Part shown: one piece after another, positions 12,976 through 25,077 of the stretch
How positions within the stretch are numbered: position 1 is the stretch's first letter
Layout of the letters: each line of letters starts with the position of its first letter
NCBI GenBank assembly: GCA_051362555.1
Contig: JBPQGU010000016.1
Coordinates: 6,200,001-6,264,000, forward strand
Direction: 5' to 3'
Origin: Lingula anatina
Lineage: Eukaryota; Animalia; Brachiopoda
Length of the DNA: 64,000 nt
Made by a program: the position numbers and the translations under genes
The notes under the pieces: model-generated
The model's database searches: none
What the model was told of the DNA's origin: nothing
The model's input: the letters and a program-made list of their open reading frames with translations, nothing else

Positions 12976-15340
12976 TTATATTGTGTATGTGGGGGTCTAT
13001 ACAAATGCGCTTGCTCCAGCTGGTGGTACAATATTCGGAGGCGGTATCGCCTCTCTGATCCTCTAGTTGATTATGTAAAAATGATGGTAAACTTTTTATC
13101 GTGTATTGTGTAATAGAGTGTCAAAAATGGAAATAAACTCATATCATTGCAGTTTGTCAGATTCAATCATCCACTATGTTCAGAATTTCAGAATGGAGGA
13201 AATTGGACATTTAACACTGTTCTATTGATATTTTTCCCATCTCATCAATTTTCTTAGTTGGTCATATAAAAATGGCAACAAACTGTTTATTTTGTTTTAT
13301 GTTAAAAAAGTGTTAAAAATGGAAATAAACCCATTTCAGAACAGTGCTGTCTTGTTTACATTTTGGCATTTTTAAGATGTGACTTTGAAGTTCCATGAGC
13401 CTGCAGACCTTTGCTAGTCACATTTTCTGAATATCCATTATACTAATATTTTATGATTAAAAATTGATGGTCATAATGCTGTTAAACATTATGTAATATT
13501 GCATCAAAATTTGAAGAAACCCCTATTTTGGGCACTGCTCCCATGATGACCATTTAAGAAAAACCATGTCACTTACTGTTTTCTAACTTACAGGAAAGAA
13601 ACATAGGGCTGAAATACAGCTTCAGTAGGCAATGCAGTCTGTTTGGTTATTTATTCTGCCAGTTAAACAGTTTTTTGTGAAAATTAAATTTTTCACATAT
13701 TGGCATTTTCAAGGTGTGACTTTGAAGTTCCATGAGCCTGCAGACCTTTGCTAGTCACGTTTTCTGAATGTTCATGTTACTAATATTCTATTATTAAAAA
13801 TTGATGGTCATTATGCTGTTAAACATTATATAATATTGCATCAAAATTTGAAGAAACCCCTATTTTGGGCACTGCTCCCATGATGACCATTTAAGAAAAA
13901 CCATGTCACTTACTGTTTTCAAACTTACAGGAAAGAAACATGGGTCCAAAATACAGCTTCAGTAGGCAGTGCAGTCTGTTTGGTAATTTTTTCTGGCAGT
14001 TAAACAGTTTTTTGTGAAAATTTAGTTTTTCACATATTGGCATTTTCAAGGTGTGACCTTGAAGTTCCATGAGCCTGCAGACCTTTGCTAGTCACGTTTT
14101 CTGAATGTTCATATGACTAATATTCCATTATTAAAAATTGATGGTCATTATGCTGTTAAACATTATGTAATATTGCATCAAAATTTGAAGAAACACCTAT
14201 TTTGGGCACTGCTCTCATGATGACCATTTAAGAAAAACCATGTCACTTACTGTTTTCAAATTTACAGGAAAGAAACATGGGGCTGAAATACAGCTTCAGT
14301 AGGCAATGCAGTCTGTTTAGTAATTTATTCTGGCAGTTAAACATTTTTTTGTGAAAATTTAATTTTTCACATATTGGCATTTTCAAGGTGTGACTTTAAA
14401 GTTCCATGATCCTGAAGAACTTTGCTTGTCACGTTTTCTGAATGTCCATGTTACTTATATTCTATTATTAAAAATTGATGGTCATTATGCTGTTAAGCAT
14501 TATGTAATGTTGCATCAAAATAGAAGAAAACACAATTTTTGGTGCTGCTGCCATGATGACCATTATGGGAAAACCGTGTTATGACTGTCAAACCTTTAAA
14601 AAAACAAACACAGGACTAAAATGCAGAATGAGTTGGAAAAGCAGTCTAATTGGTTTCTTTTTCTGGAAGTTATACATTTGAGTGAAATATTCATTATCTT
14701 TTTGGCATATTCATTGTGGGACTCGGAGCTTCCATGGACATGAAACCGAATGGTAATCAAATTTTCTACATGTCCATGCTATTTATTGTCAATATTAAAT
14801 CAAAAATTGGTGATAATTATTGTATAATTTATTATGTAATGTTACATCAAAATTGACAACAATATTTTTGCATTGCTACTGCAAACATTAGTGTTACTTA
14901 TTATTATTTTTAACTTACAAGTATGATTTTTAGGATTGGCATGCAGTTCAAATTAGAAAGCCAGGTCAATTGGGTTATCATTTATTATTGAATTTATGCA
15001 ATTTTGTGTGAAATTTTCATTTTTCTCATTCTGTCACTTTCTAAGTATAAACTTGCACTCTGATGGGCCTGAAGCCTTATGCTTTTACTTCCGTCGTTGT
15101 TACCTGTTGTGCATAATTAAAAATTTGATGTTGACTGTGCAGTAAAACGTAATGTATTATTGCATCAGAATTGGTAGTCTCCTATTTTGTGCATTATTGT
15201 TTTGTGCTTTTCTTAAGATGTGACTTATGGGCCTGAAAGAACTTTGAGAGGGTCAGTCTGTTAATATCCCTTGGGTATCACTTAGCTAATTTCTGAGTTA
15301 TAAAGCCATTTGCCTAATAAAGGGAACCGGAGAAGATCAG

Positions 15341-15477
15341 CATTGGTCAGAATTGTGCCGGAAGTGACGTGCAGTGGTGTTAGAAACGAAGCTGAGTGGT
15401 CATTTTAACATAGAGGTGAACGGCAGTGAAGACGGGTTGTCGGAGGAAAAAGAAGTTTTCTAAACAACATGGTAAGA
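15341..15477 (+). promoter_or_regulatory. Housekeeping-type promoter and first exon ending ATG|GT
   Basis: ATTGG (reverse CCAAT) at 15342, composite ETS-CRE CCGGAAGTGACGT at 15358-15370, then AAACAACATG|GTAAGA (ATG 15469-15471, donor 15472); CpG-rich downstream. Confidence 0.6.
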
Positions 15478-15710
15478 TAACTCTCTTTTTTTCGCATTTT
15501 GGGCAGAGAAAACTTGTAGAAATAATAAATGCATGATATGAAAACGTGACACGGAACTTGAAGGTGCAAAATTGTGCTTAATTTGCGGTCAACTTGTTTA
15601 GAAATAAATGCTGCGTCGACCGCCAGCGCGACAAAAAGCGTAAAGGGGAAATAATTCCCGGGAGTCTATTAATCGTTGTCATGTGGAAATTTGGCATTAA
15701 TATAATCCGA

Positions 15711-16505
15711 TATTACAGGAATCATGTAGATGGAGCTCATGTAGATGTATTGATATGTGGATAATAATAATAATTGTAGGTCTAGTGTGAAAAATATTTT
15801 TAATTTAGCTTACACTATTTTACTTAGAACTAGTAACCACAGTAATTAATTTTCACTTGGAAAATAAGTTCATTGGGATGTTTTAAAGCCAAACTGTCTG
15901 GGATTTGACATGCATAGATTCTCTTTGTAATATGTAATCTGAACAGTAAAAAAGTGTGTTCAACCATTCGCAATGTGGTTCCAGTATCTACTTTAAAGTT
16001 AAAATACCTGCTCAACAAGAGGTCTATCATATACTTCAGTTGGTACAATTGCTGCAAATATATGCAATTCAGCACAGGCCAATCTGTATATTTATGACCT
16101 TGATGGAAGTGTTAATGTCAAAAGGAATGTATTTATGGAATGGATTTGAATACTCTCTTTATTAATCATGGCAGTGCAAAGGATATTATGGACATTATGT
16201 GTGAGGTGTTGGATACAAACTATATACAGTAACCACTGCTGTTTGGAAATCTTTTAAGACTGATCACTCTGTACCAAGGACAGCATAAACAGAGACTGAA
16301 TACAACAAACCACTAGTACAAACCAAAGGACTAATAAACATTTGCCTTGATCTTGCTTTACACTATCAGGTGGGAAAGGCAATATGTTTTCAAATGTTTG
16401 ATATTAATTGGATGTCTGTTTGTGCCCTTAGATTGCTGTATTCAATTTACATGTACCTCTATATTGTATATAGTTCATTCCTGAACAACTAATTCTAATG
16501 TATAG
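15711..16505 (+). repeat. Duplicated segment (paralog of ~63218..64000)
   Basis: tattacaggaatcatgtagat...ttctaatgtata is near-identical to the window end; near-identical 81-aa ORFs at 15830 and 63322. Confidence 0.95.
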
Positions 16506-16754
16506 ACATTGTTTGTATTTGTACTGAGCAAAGGAAAACTTGTTTCACAATAAATCTTTGTAAATCAACCATTTCTTCAATTTTGGAATTATTATTATTT
16601 TAAAAATTTGTTTAACATTGTAGTGACAATGCATGTAGAGTACCCGGTACTTGATAAACAGCATTAATAGGGACGTGACAATAAATTATAAGCATATTTT
16701 ACATATAAATCAAATAATTAAGATTTACCATGACAGAAATACATAGATTAGTAA

Positions 16755-16980
16755 CCCTTAGCAAAATTTAAAAAGTGTGCAGCACATGTGCTGCAAATTT
16801 ACTGCACATGTACAGCACACTCTAGAGTGTGCAGTAGACAGCTGTGGGGAGCGTGCAGAAGTGTGCAGTAAAAATCTTGCTACACACCTACTGCACACTT
16901 CCATGAGTACAAACAGTGTGCAGAAAGTGTGCAAGAGACTTGGTATTTCAACAGAAGCATGAGGACAGTGTGCAGTAAAC
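16755..16980 (+). mobile_element. Orphan DNA-transposon end with subterminal GTGTGCAG repeats
   Basis: CCCTTAGCAAAA start followed by many gtgtgcag/ctgcacac motifs in both orientations; no partner end seen. Confidence 0.4.
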
Positions 16981-19010
16981 TTAAAATTTGATCAGGAGTT
17001 TGCCACAAATGTACAGGAAACTTTAAAATTTTAATATAAGTTGTGTATGTTGAGTGCACAGCAAACTAAATTTCTTCAGGATTATGCTATTTTAGTGTGT
17101 AAAAAACTCATCATTTAAAAAGTGTTTAATATGCACCAATACAAGATGCATGCACTGCCACTGACAATTATACAAACAAAATACTTTAATACACATTTTA
17201 CTTTTATAACCATCAATAAGAAAGAATCAATGTTTTAATATAATTTTATTGTCATATGAGCTATATTTATGCTGCAGGCCAGATAGAAATCCATCCAGAT
17301 TTTAAATCACTCTAGGCCAAATTAAAATCTATTCAGATTTGGGCATATGCGGTTTTAGCTTTTGCTTTGAAAACAAACTGCCAAATTAGTCCAACAAACA
17401 AATCAATTATGTTACAAAAAGCTAGTTATAAAGTTTTTTTTTCTTACAAACAATGGTGTTTACCTCACTCAAAGTATGACAAAAAGTCAAGGGCAATATA
17501 AGTTTAACAACCTCTAATTGAAAAAAAGACTAATGAACCCTTTAAATTCATTCACTAAATCATCACTTATGCAAAGCCATGCCCACCACTAAAATTAAAG
17601 ATTATTTTCAGGATGTATCAAAAACAGTCATGAAATCTAGGATTATGGTAAATTAAACATGACTCCTACTATCATAATCTTGGCTTTGCTAATTTGAAAA
17701 TTATCGCCAAAAGATAAAAACACAGTATATAATGCATTTTTACTATTTTCATGATGATATTCACTTCATATTTCTACTAATATACTGAAAGGTTAACCGT
17801 ACCTAGTCAGATTTTTTCTAAACTTGTCAAGTTATTGCCAATAAACTAGACCAAATGCCACCATGTATAGTTTCATATAGTATAAATTCAAGAAACTACT
17901 CGGGTTTCAGAGCTAGAGGAACGTATCAAGTTTGCGACCAGAAATATAATAAAGGTGCAGTTTTAAAGCTTTTGTTCGGCTGATCGACTGGTTAATTTCA
18001 TTTAAGGTTCCTTTGTTTCAGTTGTGTAAGAAGTTGGTTGTAGTAATTTGTATGTGTTACAGGGAATGTACAGAGCGGCTTTCTCGCTTGTTATGCATCT
18101 TTAAAAGAAAAAGCACTTTTTAAAAAAATAAAAATGTTAGAAATACCTGTACAAACCTTAGTCGCCACAACTCTAGTGTTAAATATTTACAGTGCTATAG
18201 CAATAGGCGACAGCATGTTTTAATTGGGATGCGTTATTCGGTTAATAATAATAACCTCATTCATTTGGGGTGAAAGTCTATGGACAAAAGATGGTTTGTT
18301 TGTACAATAACCTGATGATAACGTTTTAGATTGCGTTTAAGTGTCTTCTCTAACACAATCTCGCGACAGTGATATGATTACGTAAACCAGGTGAGCATTT
18401 TGGTGAGAGGTATTCAGATAGGACCAAGGTCAGTAGGAAGAGGAAGAAGCTTCATGTGCCACATTGCCACGATTACCACACGTAGACTGAAATTTTGGCA
18501 CTGAGATCTGATGTAGTTTGTTGTAAGTGCTGTGTACATGATATAAGGCAACACTGATCGGTTTATGTTGACGATATTTTATCAGAAAGTATGCATATCC
18601 CTCTTCAGTTCAGGTATAATGGCTCTTGGATATATTTTATTGACATAAATGTCCAAATGAGTTTGAAAAGTTAAATAACTTCTTATGTTGCTTTTTCCAG
18701 AAGGAAAGCATTTGTTCATAAAGAAGTGAGAAGATTATTCCAGTCGTCCAAAGGTCTGAACTCATTCCGTCTTAAACGAAGCAAGACGACAAAGCAGGTA
18801 ACTACCGGTACTTTCTCAGCTCCCAATGGGTGCCTTTTTCATCTTATAACAGCGGCTTGTAGAAATATATACTGTTTATTAACAATAAACCGGTGGTTTT
18901 CTACAGAACTAGCCGCGACCAGGAAAGCGAACGTATATTTATTTGCTGAGCACTGTCAACCTCCGTTGACTTCAATTTTCATGATTTCAGTTTCATACCA
19001 TCCTTTATAT

Positions 19011-20437
19011 GGGCATTTTTACAATCCTGGGCACTTTTCAGATTTTCCCACATATTGCTAATTAACAAATTACATACATACGATCAAAGAATTCTTTTAT
19101 CACTATGTTAGAGAATGGTGTAAGTGAAGATAAACACTGAAAATAGAAACCAAATATCACCACCGAGTCCAAAGATATGCTAAAGCAAAGCCCGAAAAAT
19201 GACCAAAAATTTTTCCCGTTTTAGTCATATGAAATAAAAAGCAATCTGAAATAAATTAAAACAGTGTTTGACATTGCATTTTTTTGGATTATAAAACACT
19301 CAGTAGTATGGTGGAAGCAAAAAAGTTTAAATGTTAACAGGAGAGAGGTGTATCCTAGTAAAAAAAGCCTTTTAATGGCATGCTGGTATTTCCGTTAAAC
19401 GTTTCCGTTAAGTGTCCATTCCGAAACAAAAATAAATGACTTTCAGAAAATATATCATAAAACATACAGTATAATTTACCATCCTAATCATTATTTGGAT
19501 GTATTGGTATTGTTTGTATCAAATAATGAAATCTGCGCGATGATTCTGGAACTTGACATGGAGTGCAAAATAACCCTACCGTGTTTTTCCGTTAAATTTG
19601 TCCATTCCGAAACATTGGGTTTCTCTTACATAAAAGAACATGTTGACACCTAGCCAGTAACAATATATATTTCTCTAAAGCCCAGGACATGTGATATTTA
19701 TTTTTATATAAGAAAACCCCAGTGCACAGAAACCCATTTAACTGTGGCCTTTTTTGAGATGCTTGTTAAAAATTGTCCATTCCGAAACAAAGTACCTTTA
19801 CATTGCCAATGTTATAAATAGAGAGAATTCTGTCTTTAATGCTTATGTTTCACTTGACATGAGCAAATTACTGTTAGAGCATCATGCATATGACATGAAA
19901 ATAATAGAAAAACATTTCTTCAGTGGCATCTTTTTAAATTTCTATATATATCCTCAACAACAAAAATCATTTTTGCAAGTCAGGATCTTTTCTTTGGATC
20001 TGCTAGAACTTCCATTGCATATTTTCCCAAAGTTCATGTATTTCAAAGTTAAATTAACAATTAATTGAAGAGATTATATCAGTATAAATAGAAATATAGG
20101 CAATTTGGATGCTTTGTATCGGAAAGGACATTTTTTAACACATTGTCTAAAACAGTTGTTTACTCTTTGGTCTGCTCATCTATTTATTATTCATGAGGAA
20201 GAGGATGATGGGAAGCACATCAAATTTATGTAGAATATAATTTTGAATAATATAGCTTACCTTACTTTAAATACTGCTTACTTATGATGTACAAAAAAAT
20301 ATTCGAAAATAGTTATGAGGCTACACGTGTTAAAGTTGCAAGAGTCAGTTCACTGGCACGGTTTACAGAGGCGCTTGCAGGCAGACACAGGGTTATAATT
20401 AACTTCCTGTGATTATCTATAATATATACATACATCA

Positions 20438-20507
<70 letters not shown>

Positions 20508-21483
20508 CCAATTTATGTATATATATATATCATTTAAGCAATTTCGTTAATGTTAAATAAATGTCCATTCCGAAACACAGGACATGCCTAAAAGGACATA
20601 TTTAAAAATGTAATTACTAAATTTAAACCTGACCTTGTCAAATAATATTTTATACAGCTATGAGCTGTAACAAAAGGAAGTAGAATAGGGTATAATGGAG
20701 TGTAGAAGACTCTATTTTATATCATAATCAAATACTAAGGGAGTAACATTTCAAAAAAAGAATCAAAAACTATCCAAAATGACCAATTAATGTAATAAAA
20801 ACAATTCAGTTTTAGGCTTTGTTCACATGCAATGTCTATTTTCTAAATTCTATTTTCTATTTTCGGTATGTCTTATGATCACGGTCTGTGCACTGAAAAT
20901 CCCGCGGCGTAATTACTGGCAGCGCGAGCCAGTTACTATAAGTTACTATAAGGACATTTATTTTAACATTACACTGCAATTAGCACACATGTCCGTGCAA
21001 AATAATATTTTACACAATCATGAAGCATAACATAAAGAACTAATGCAAGGTAAAGTGAAGTACAGAAGTCCTCAGAATATCTCAGAATCAAAAACTTCAT
21101 GGAGTCACATTTAATACTGAAACAGGAAAATTACAAAATGTCATTGATTCGTCAAATTTTGGATATTTTCATCCCTTTTTTTTTGCAAATACATAAAAGA
21201 GCAATACTCTCTGAGTAAAACTAAGTGGTTTTTTGGAGATCAATACCTTAAATTACCATAAAAGTCACACACTTCAAGGTTTAGCTTATGAAAATTTAAA
21301 AAATGATTTTCAAAATTCAAATGATCATATCTTTATACATACACAAGGTTTTATCTCGGGATTGTCATTTCTTATACCCTTCAGGTCTATACTTTCAAGA
21401 AAAGTACACATTTCAACACAAAAATGACTTCTATTTTTGACCCTTGGTGGGAAAAAAAGGAGCCCAGGATTGTAAAAATGCCC
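19011..21483. mobile_element. Non-autonomous TIR transposon, Sola-like
   Basis: Perfect 22-bp TIR GGGCATTTTTACAATCCTGGGC / GCCCAGGATTGTAAAAATGCCC, 4-bp TSD ATAT, internal repeated motif TGTCCATTCCGAAACA (~19413, 19599, 19774, 20563). Confidence 0.85.
20439..20503. repeat. (TA)n microsatellite
   Basis: About 32 perfect TA units inside the Sola-like element. Confidence 0.98.
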
Positions 21484-23300
21484 ATATTACAATCTGGAAT
21501 AAAATGCTCGAACAAAGTATCTGATTTAAAAAGAAATTGAGCTAAAATGCTAGCGTTCGGATTACGAAATTATTTAAGTGGGTTAATCGGAATAAAGTAA
21601 TTGGTAAAATCATTCTTTTTCTGTCTATAAAAGTGAAGTGGTTTTAATAATCACATGTAGCAATAAAATGCTGAATTTATGTCAGACTACTCACAAAATA
21701 AGCAATATAATGTATAAATAAAGCAAGAGAAAAACCAAACACTTTCTGCATCCTTGTGCTCTGTAAACCACATGTTAATTAATTGTCATTGACCAGTGTT
21801 TTATGTTATCCTACAGAACCGAGGCAATTTAATATTGCTACATTGTAGCCCCGGTCCCCGCATTTAAAAAATCCTGAATTATCATGATCAAAACTAGGCT
21901 TTCTGTCAAATGTTTACATTTATCTACTTTTAATTCCGCAAATATATAAAGTTTTTACGGCCGGTTTTGTTTTTATGGTAAAATTATCTATGTGGGCAAA
22001 TATTATATGCAGTCTCCATCAAAATACTCCTCGTGGAGGGATATGGCTTAGCAAAGATAGAAAAAATAAAGATTAGTATGTTGACGTGTAACAGTGTGTA
22101 CAGGGCAAGTAATAGTAACGTCGTTATAAAGTATACTATTGTATAGAACGTGTAGATTCAATTTACCTAGTATGTAGCTATTCTTATGATATGATTTCTG
22201 TGTCCTTAATGCATACTGAAATGGATCGGTGTAAAAATTATATTTCACTTTAAAAATTATTAGCTATAGTTTCTTGCATGTGGATTTCGTATAATTTATT
22301 TCATTTTTCATTTACTTTCAGTGTCTCTTAACAACCGTCTTACGATGAAATTGAACGCACTCCCAGCAAAGACATCAGATTCGTGTTCGCCAGCGCCCGC
22401 ACCCATGTCAACGTTGTCTTGCGTTTGTTGTATAGTCAACTTGCAGGGTTGACATTTGATTTAGTTTGAAATGTCATGATTGCTTTGGGTTGTAATATTC
22501 TGCATCAGACCGTGTATGAAATGAAGTGCAGCGTGTAACGAGTGGTTTATTCATGAAACTTCTAATAAAATGGACTAAATCCAAGCGTCAACCTTGCACG
22601 TCGCTGGTATATTATTATACATATGTAAATAAGCTGTAATACAGCACTCTATCCGCACACATACCAACCAGTTTTCGAATCTGAAACGACACTTTTGAAG
22701 TTATCCTAAAACAAAACAAAAATAATCCCTTGCTTAATCGATCTATGAAAACAAAATTAATTGCAAATTTATCATTAAGTGATGTGCAGGTAGAGCACTG
22801 TGCTAGTGCGACCGATTTAATGTTTTATTGTAAAATTATATGTGTGGGCAAATATGTAATAAGACGCTTTGTTATGCAATCGAAAATGCATGTTTATTCA
22901 TATTAAATTGGATACAAATATTGATTTTAATGAAGCTAACTTTAGAAAAAAATAAGTCACAACTCCATTACGTAAAATGCCTACAAGAGTTTTATTGTGG
23001 GTTCTTTGGAAAAATGAACGAGATGTAAATCTACAATAAACTGTCAACACTGCAATCCAAATATGACACTTATGAAATTGTAAAATGTGCTCAAGTTATT
23101 TCAGAATTGCCCACGTATTGAAACGGGTCTTTTTGAAATTGTGAAAATGCGGTTATGACGCATGGTAAGAATAAACTTCCTTTGGTTCCGGGTGTTTTGA
23201 TGTACTAGTAGTGTGTCTGATCAGTGATAGACCCATAGTTATATTGCTGGGAGGGGGAAAAATCTGTATTTTCAGAAAATCAAACCAGGCGTTGGGTTAG

Positions 23301-23331
<31 letters not shown>

Positions 23332-24436
23332 AATAAGTTTTTGTTATTGAAGAAGGAAAATTAACTTTTTACCTTCATTACAAGGCGGATATACTCACAA
23401 AGAGAAACAGTGAATAGTAGAAATTGTTTCCATTTACTTCAAATAAAATGTATATGTAGGACTGGCTTTTATCGCATCTTTTACAACTTGACATGTTAAG
23501 AAATCCTTATCAAATTCGTATCAAAAACTACAGTTGTCGAAAAGATCTGTTTTGGGGTAATGGGTATTTCCTAGTAATTAAACGAACTTTTATAGACTGT
23601 CAACTTTTGTCAATCCTCTAAAAACACGAAATTGGTCAGTTAATCGCCAATTTACTGACTTATCGTCTAAAAATCCTTTTTCTTTTGTGATTTTTTTGTC
23701 TAATCAAATATGAAAAGTCAAAATATTATCAGAAAAATGACACTTTGATTGGTTCGAGTAAGTTTTACACAAAATTGGAAGTTCAGTGTTTTATTTAATG
23801 TTGATCTTGCACTTGGTACTTTCTTAATTCTGTTTTGCGGTCGGGATCAAGGGGTGATTGAGAACAAAAGGCCCGATTAGGTGCCAGTCCTGCAGTGCTG
23901 TTGGGTTATTTTTACTGAATGTTTCTTGATCACTGAGCACCAAAGATCTTTGAGTTTATTAGCATTTTCTGAGTAAATGTGATTAGTTGTTTTAATTTAA
24001 CCGGTTTTCGCATAACCTTTTCAATTTTGTTTACATATTGTTCTTAAAAATGACTATGACTAGGATAAGGTTGTAAACTGACCATGTCAGAAGTCGTTAT
24101 AAAAATTACTTTTTATGTAGAGCCAAAACGTAATGTATGGGTTTTGCATACATCTGTATAGTGGAATTACTTGTATTTGTTATAATAAACGTACATAAAA
24201 GTTGTAAGATATGTAGTTTAAAAAATGTGCAAAATGTCATTCCTGACTTTCTTTTCTTCAGCTCGACCCGAACCTTTGTTTATTAACTTAGTCTTCTTCT
24301 CCTTAGTGGTCTGTCGCCTTGCCCACTGAGCCACTGCCCCAACTTACTTTTTCCTCATTCGTATGATTCTCTTGTATTAGTCTAAATTGTTTATTTGGGT
24401 TTATTTTTGTAAAAGGTAATTTGCTAGGACCTAGAA

Positions 24437-24500
24437 GCGCCAGGAATCGAACTGGGGACCTTCTGTCTCAGAGGCAAGCGCGTTACCTACTTCTCTAAGT
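24437..24500 (-). pseudogene. Degenerate tRNA-like sequence (SINE head or tRNA pseudogene)
   Basis: Reverse strand tagagaagtaggtaacgcgcttgcctctgagacagaaggtccccagttcgattcctggcgc has A-box-like and GTTCGATTCC B-box motifs; the stems do not fold cleanly. Confidence 0.55.
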
Positions 24501-24941
24501 GTTCCCACCCACCCTCCCCGGGCAGACTTTCTTCTTATAGTAACCGAAGAAAAATTTTGATAGCACCCCTTTGTAATTCCAAAGTGCCCAAGCTAGAAAT
24601 CGGACCCCAACCCCAGGCTACCACTGAGCCGTGTAGCCATCAGGAAAACACCAAGACATTTTGTATGTTCAGTAAGTTTTTTATTAAGAACAATTAAAAT
24701 TTATTTTACTGTATTCAGTTATTAATAAAACGTATCTATAAAACATCATTGTCGTAAGTCTTTTTATTACTGCAAATATCTGTGAGAATATGATTGATGA
24801 CTGCATTTAAATTCACTTAAAAGTGTAAAAATATAACATTCTTATCTATTCGACTTGACAAATAAACTGTCTACCACATTAATGGTCTTATGTTTGATCT
24901 TAATGAAACGAACAAAATCTTTCAACTTCTTCTTTAAAATA

Positions 24942-25077
24942 AAATGGTGGATCTAGTCTCCGCCCTCCCCGAGGAGAGAGACCCATTCTGGACTCACATG
25001 ATCAAGTCCTCGAAAGAATCCATCACGCCCCAAATGTCAACACTTGTCCCCTTTAAAATGTCCTGGATCCGCCATTG
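24942..25077. mobile_element. Short degenerate MITE (CAG/ATGGCGGATCCAG TIR family)
   Basis: aaatggtggatctag ... ctggatccgccattg inverted ends. Confidence 0.55.

Larger units (their letters stand above)
9917..13068 (+). mobile_element. Helentron/HINE-type element C (second family) with an internal higher-order tandem array
   Basis: 5' TTGTACCACCAGC..GCTGGCGGTAC hairpin, CCGGCTCCG microsatellite, 3' subTIR GCTGGTGGTACAA (13019-13031), hairpin GAGGCG-GTAT-CGCCTC, CTAGTT end. The flanks rejoin as element A sequence. Confidence 0.88.
6886..15211 (+). mobile_element. Non-autonomous Helentron/HINE-type element A (host of nested B and C; 3' terminus missing)
   Basis: Starts TTTT-ATGTACAGACAC-AGAT-GTGTCTGTACAT hairpin, then a CGCCGT microsatellite, 161-bp repeats (7051, 7212, 7373) and 337-bp repeats (13381, 13718, 14055, 14392). 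Segments 6886-7478, 9694-9916 and 13069-15211 join into the reverse complement of elements B/D and stop just before the 3' subTIR. Confidence 0.85.

Noticed and set aside
15830-16165. 81-aa and 69-aa ORFs in the duplicated segment (the 81-aa ORF recurs at 63322)
   Set aside because: Conservation reflects recent duplication; non-ATG starts and no motif support.
18700-18800. AG/GT-bounded open segment as exon 2 of the 15469 ATG
   Set aside because: The phase-0 reading hits TAA; no recognisable homology.
22320-22470. CpG-rich possible exon after ttactttcag
   Set aside because: No recognisable product or partner exons.
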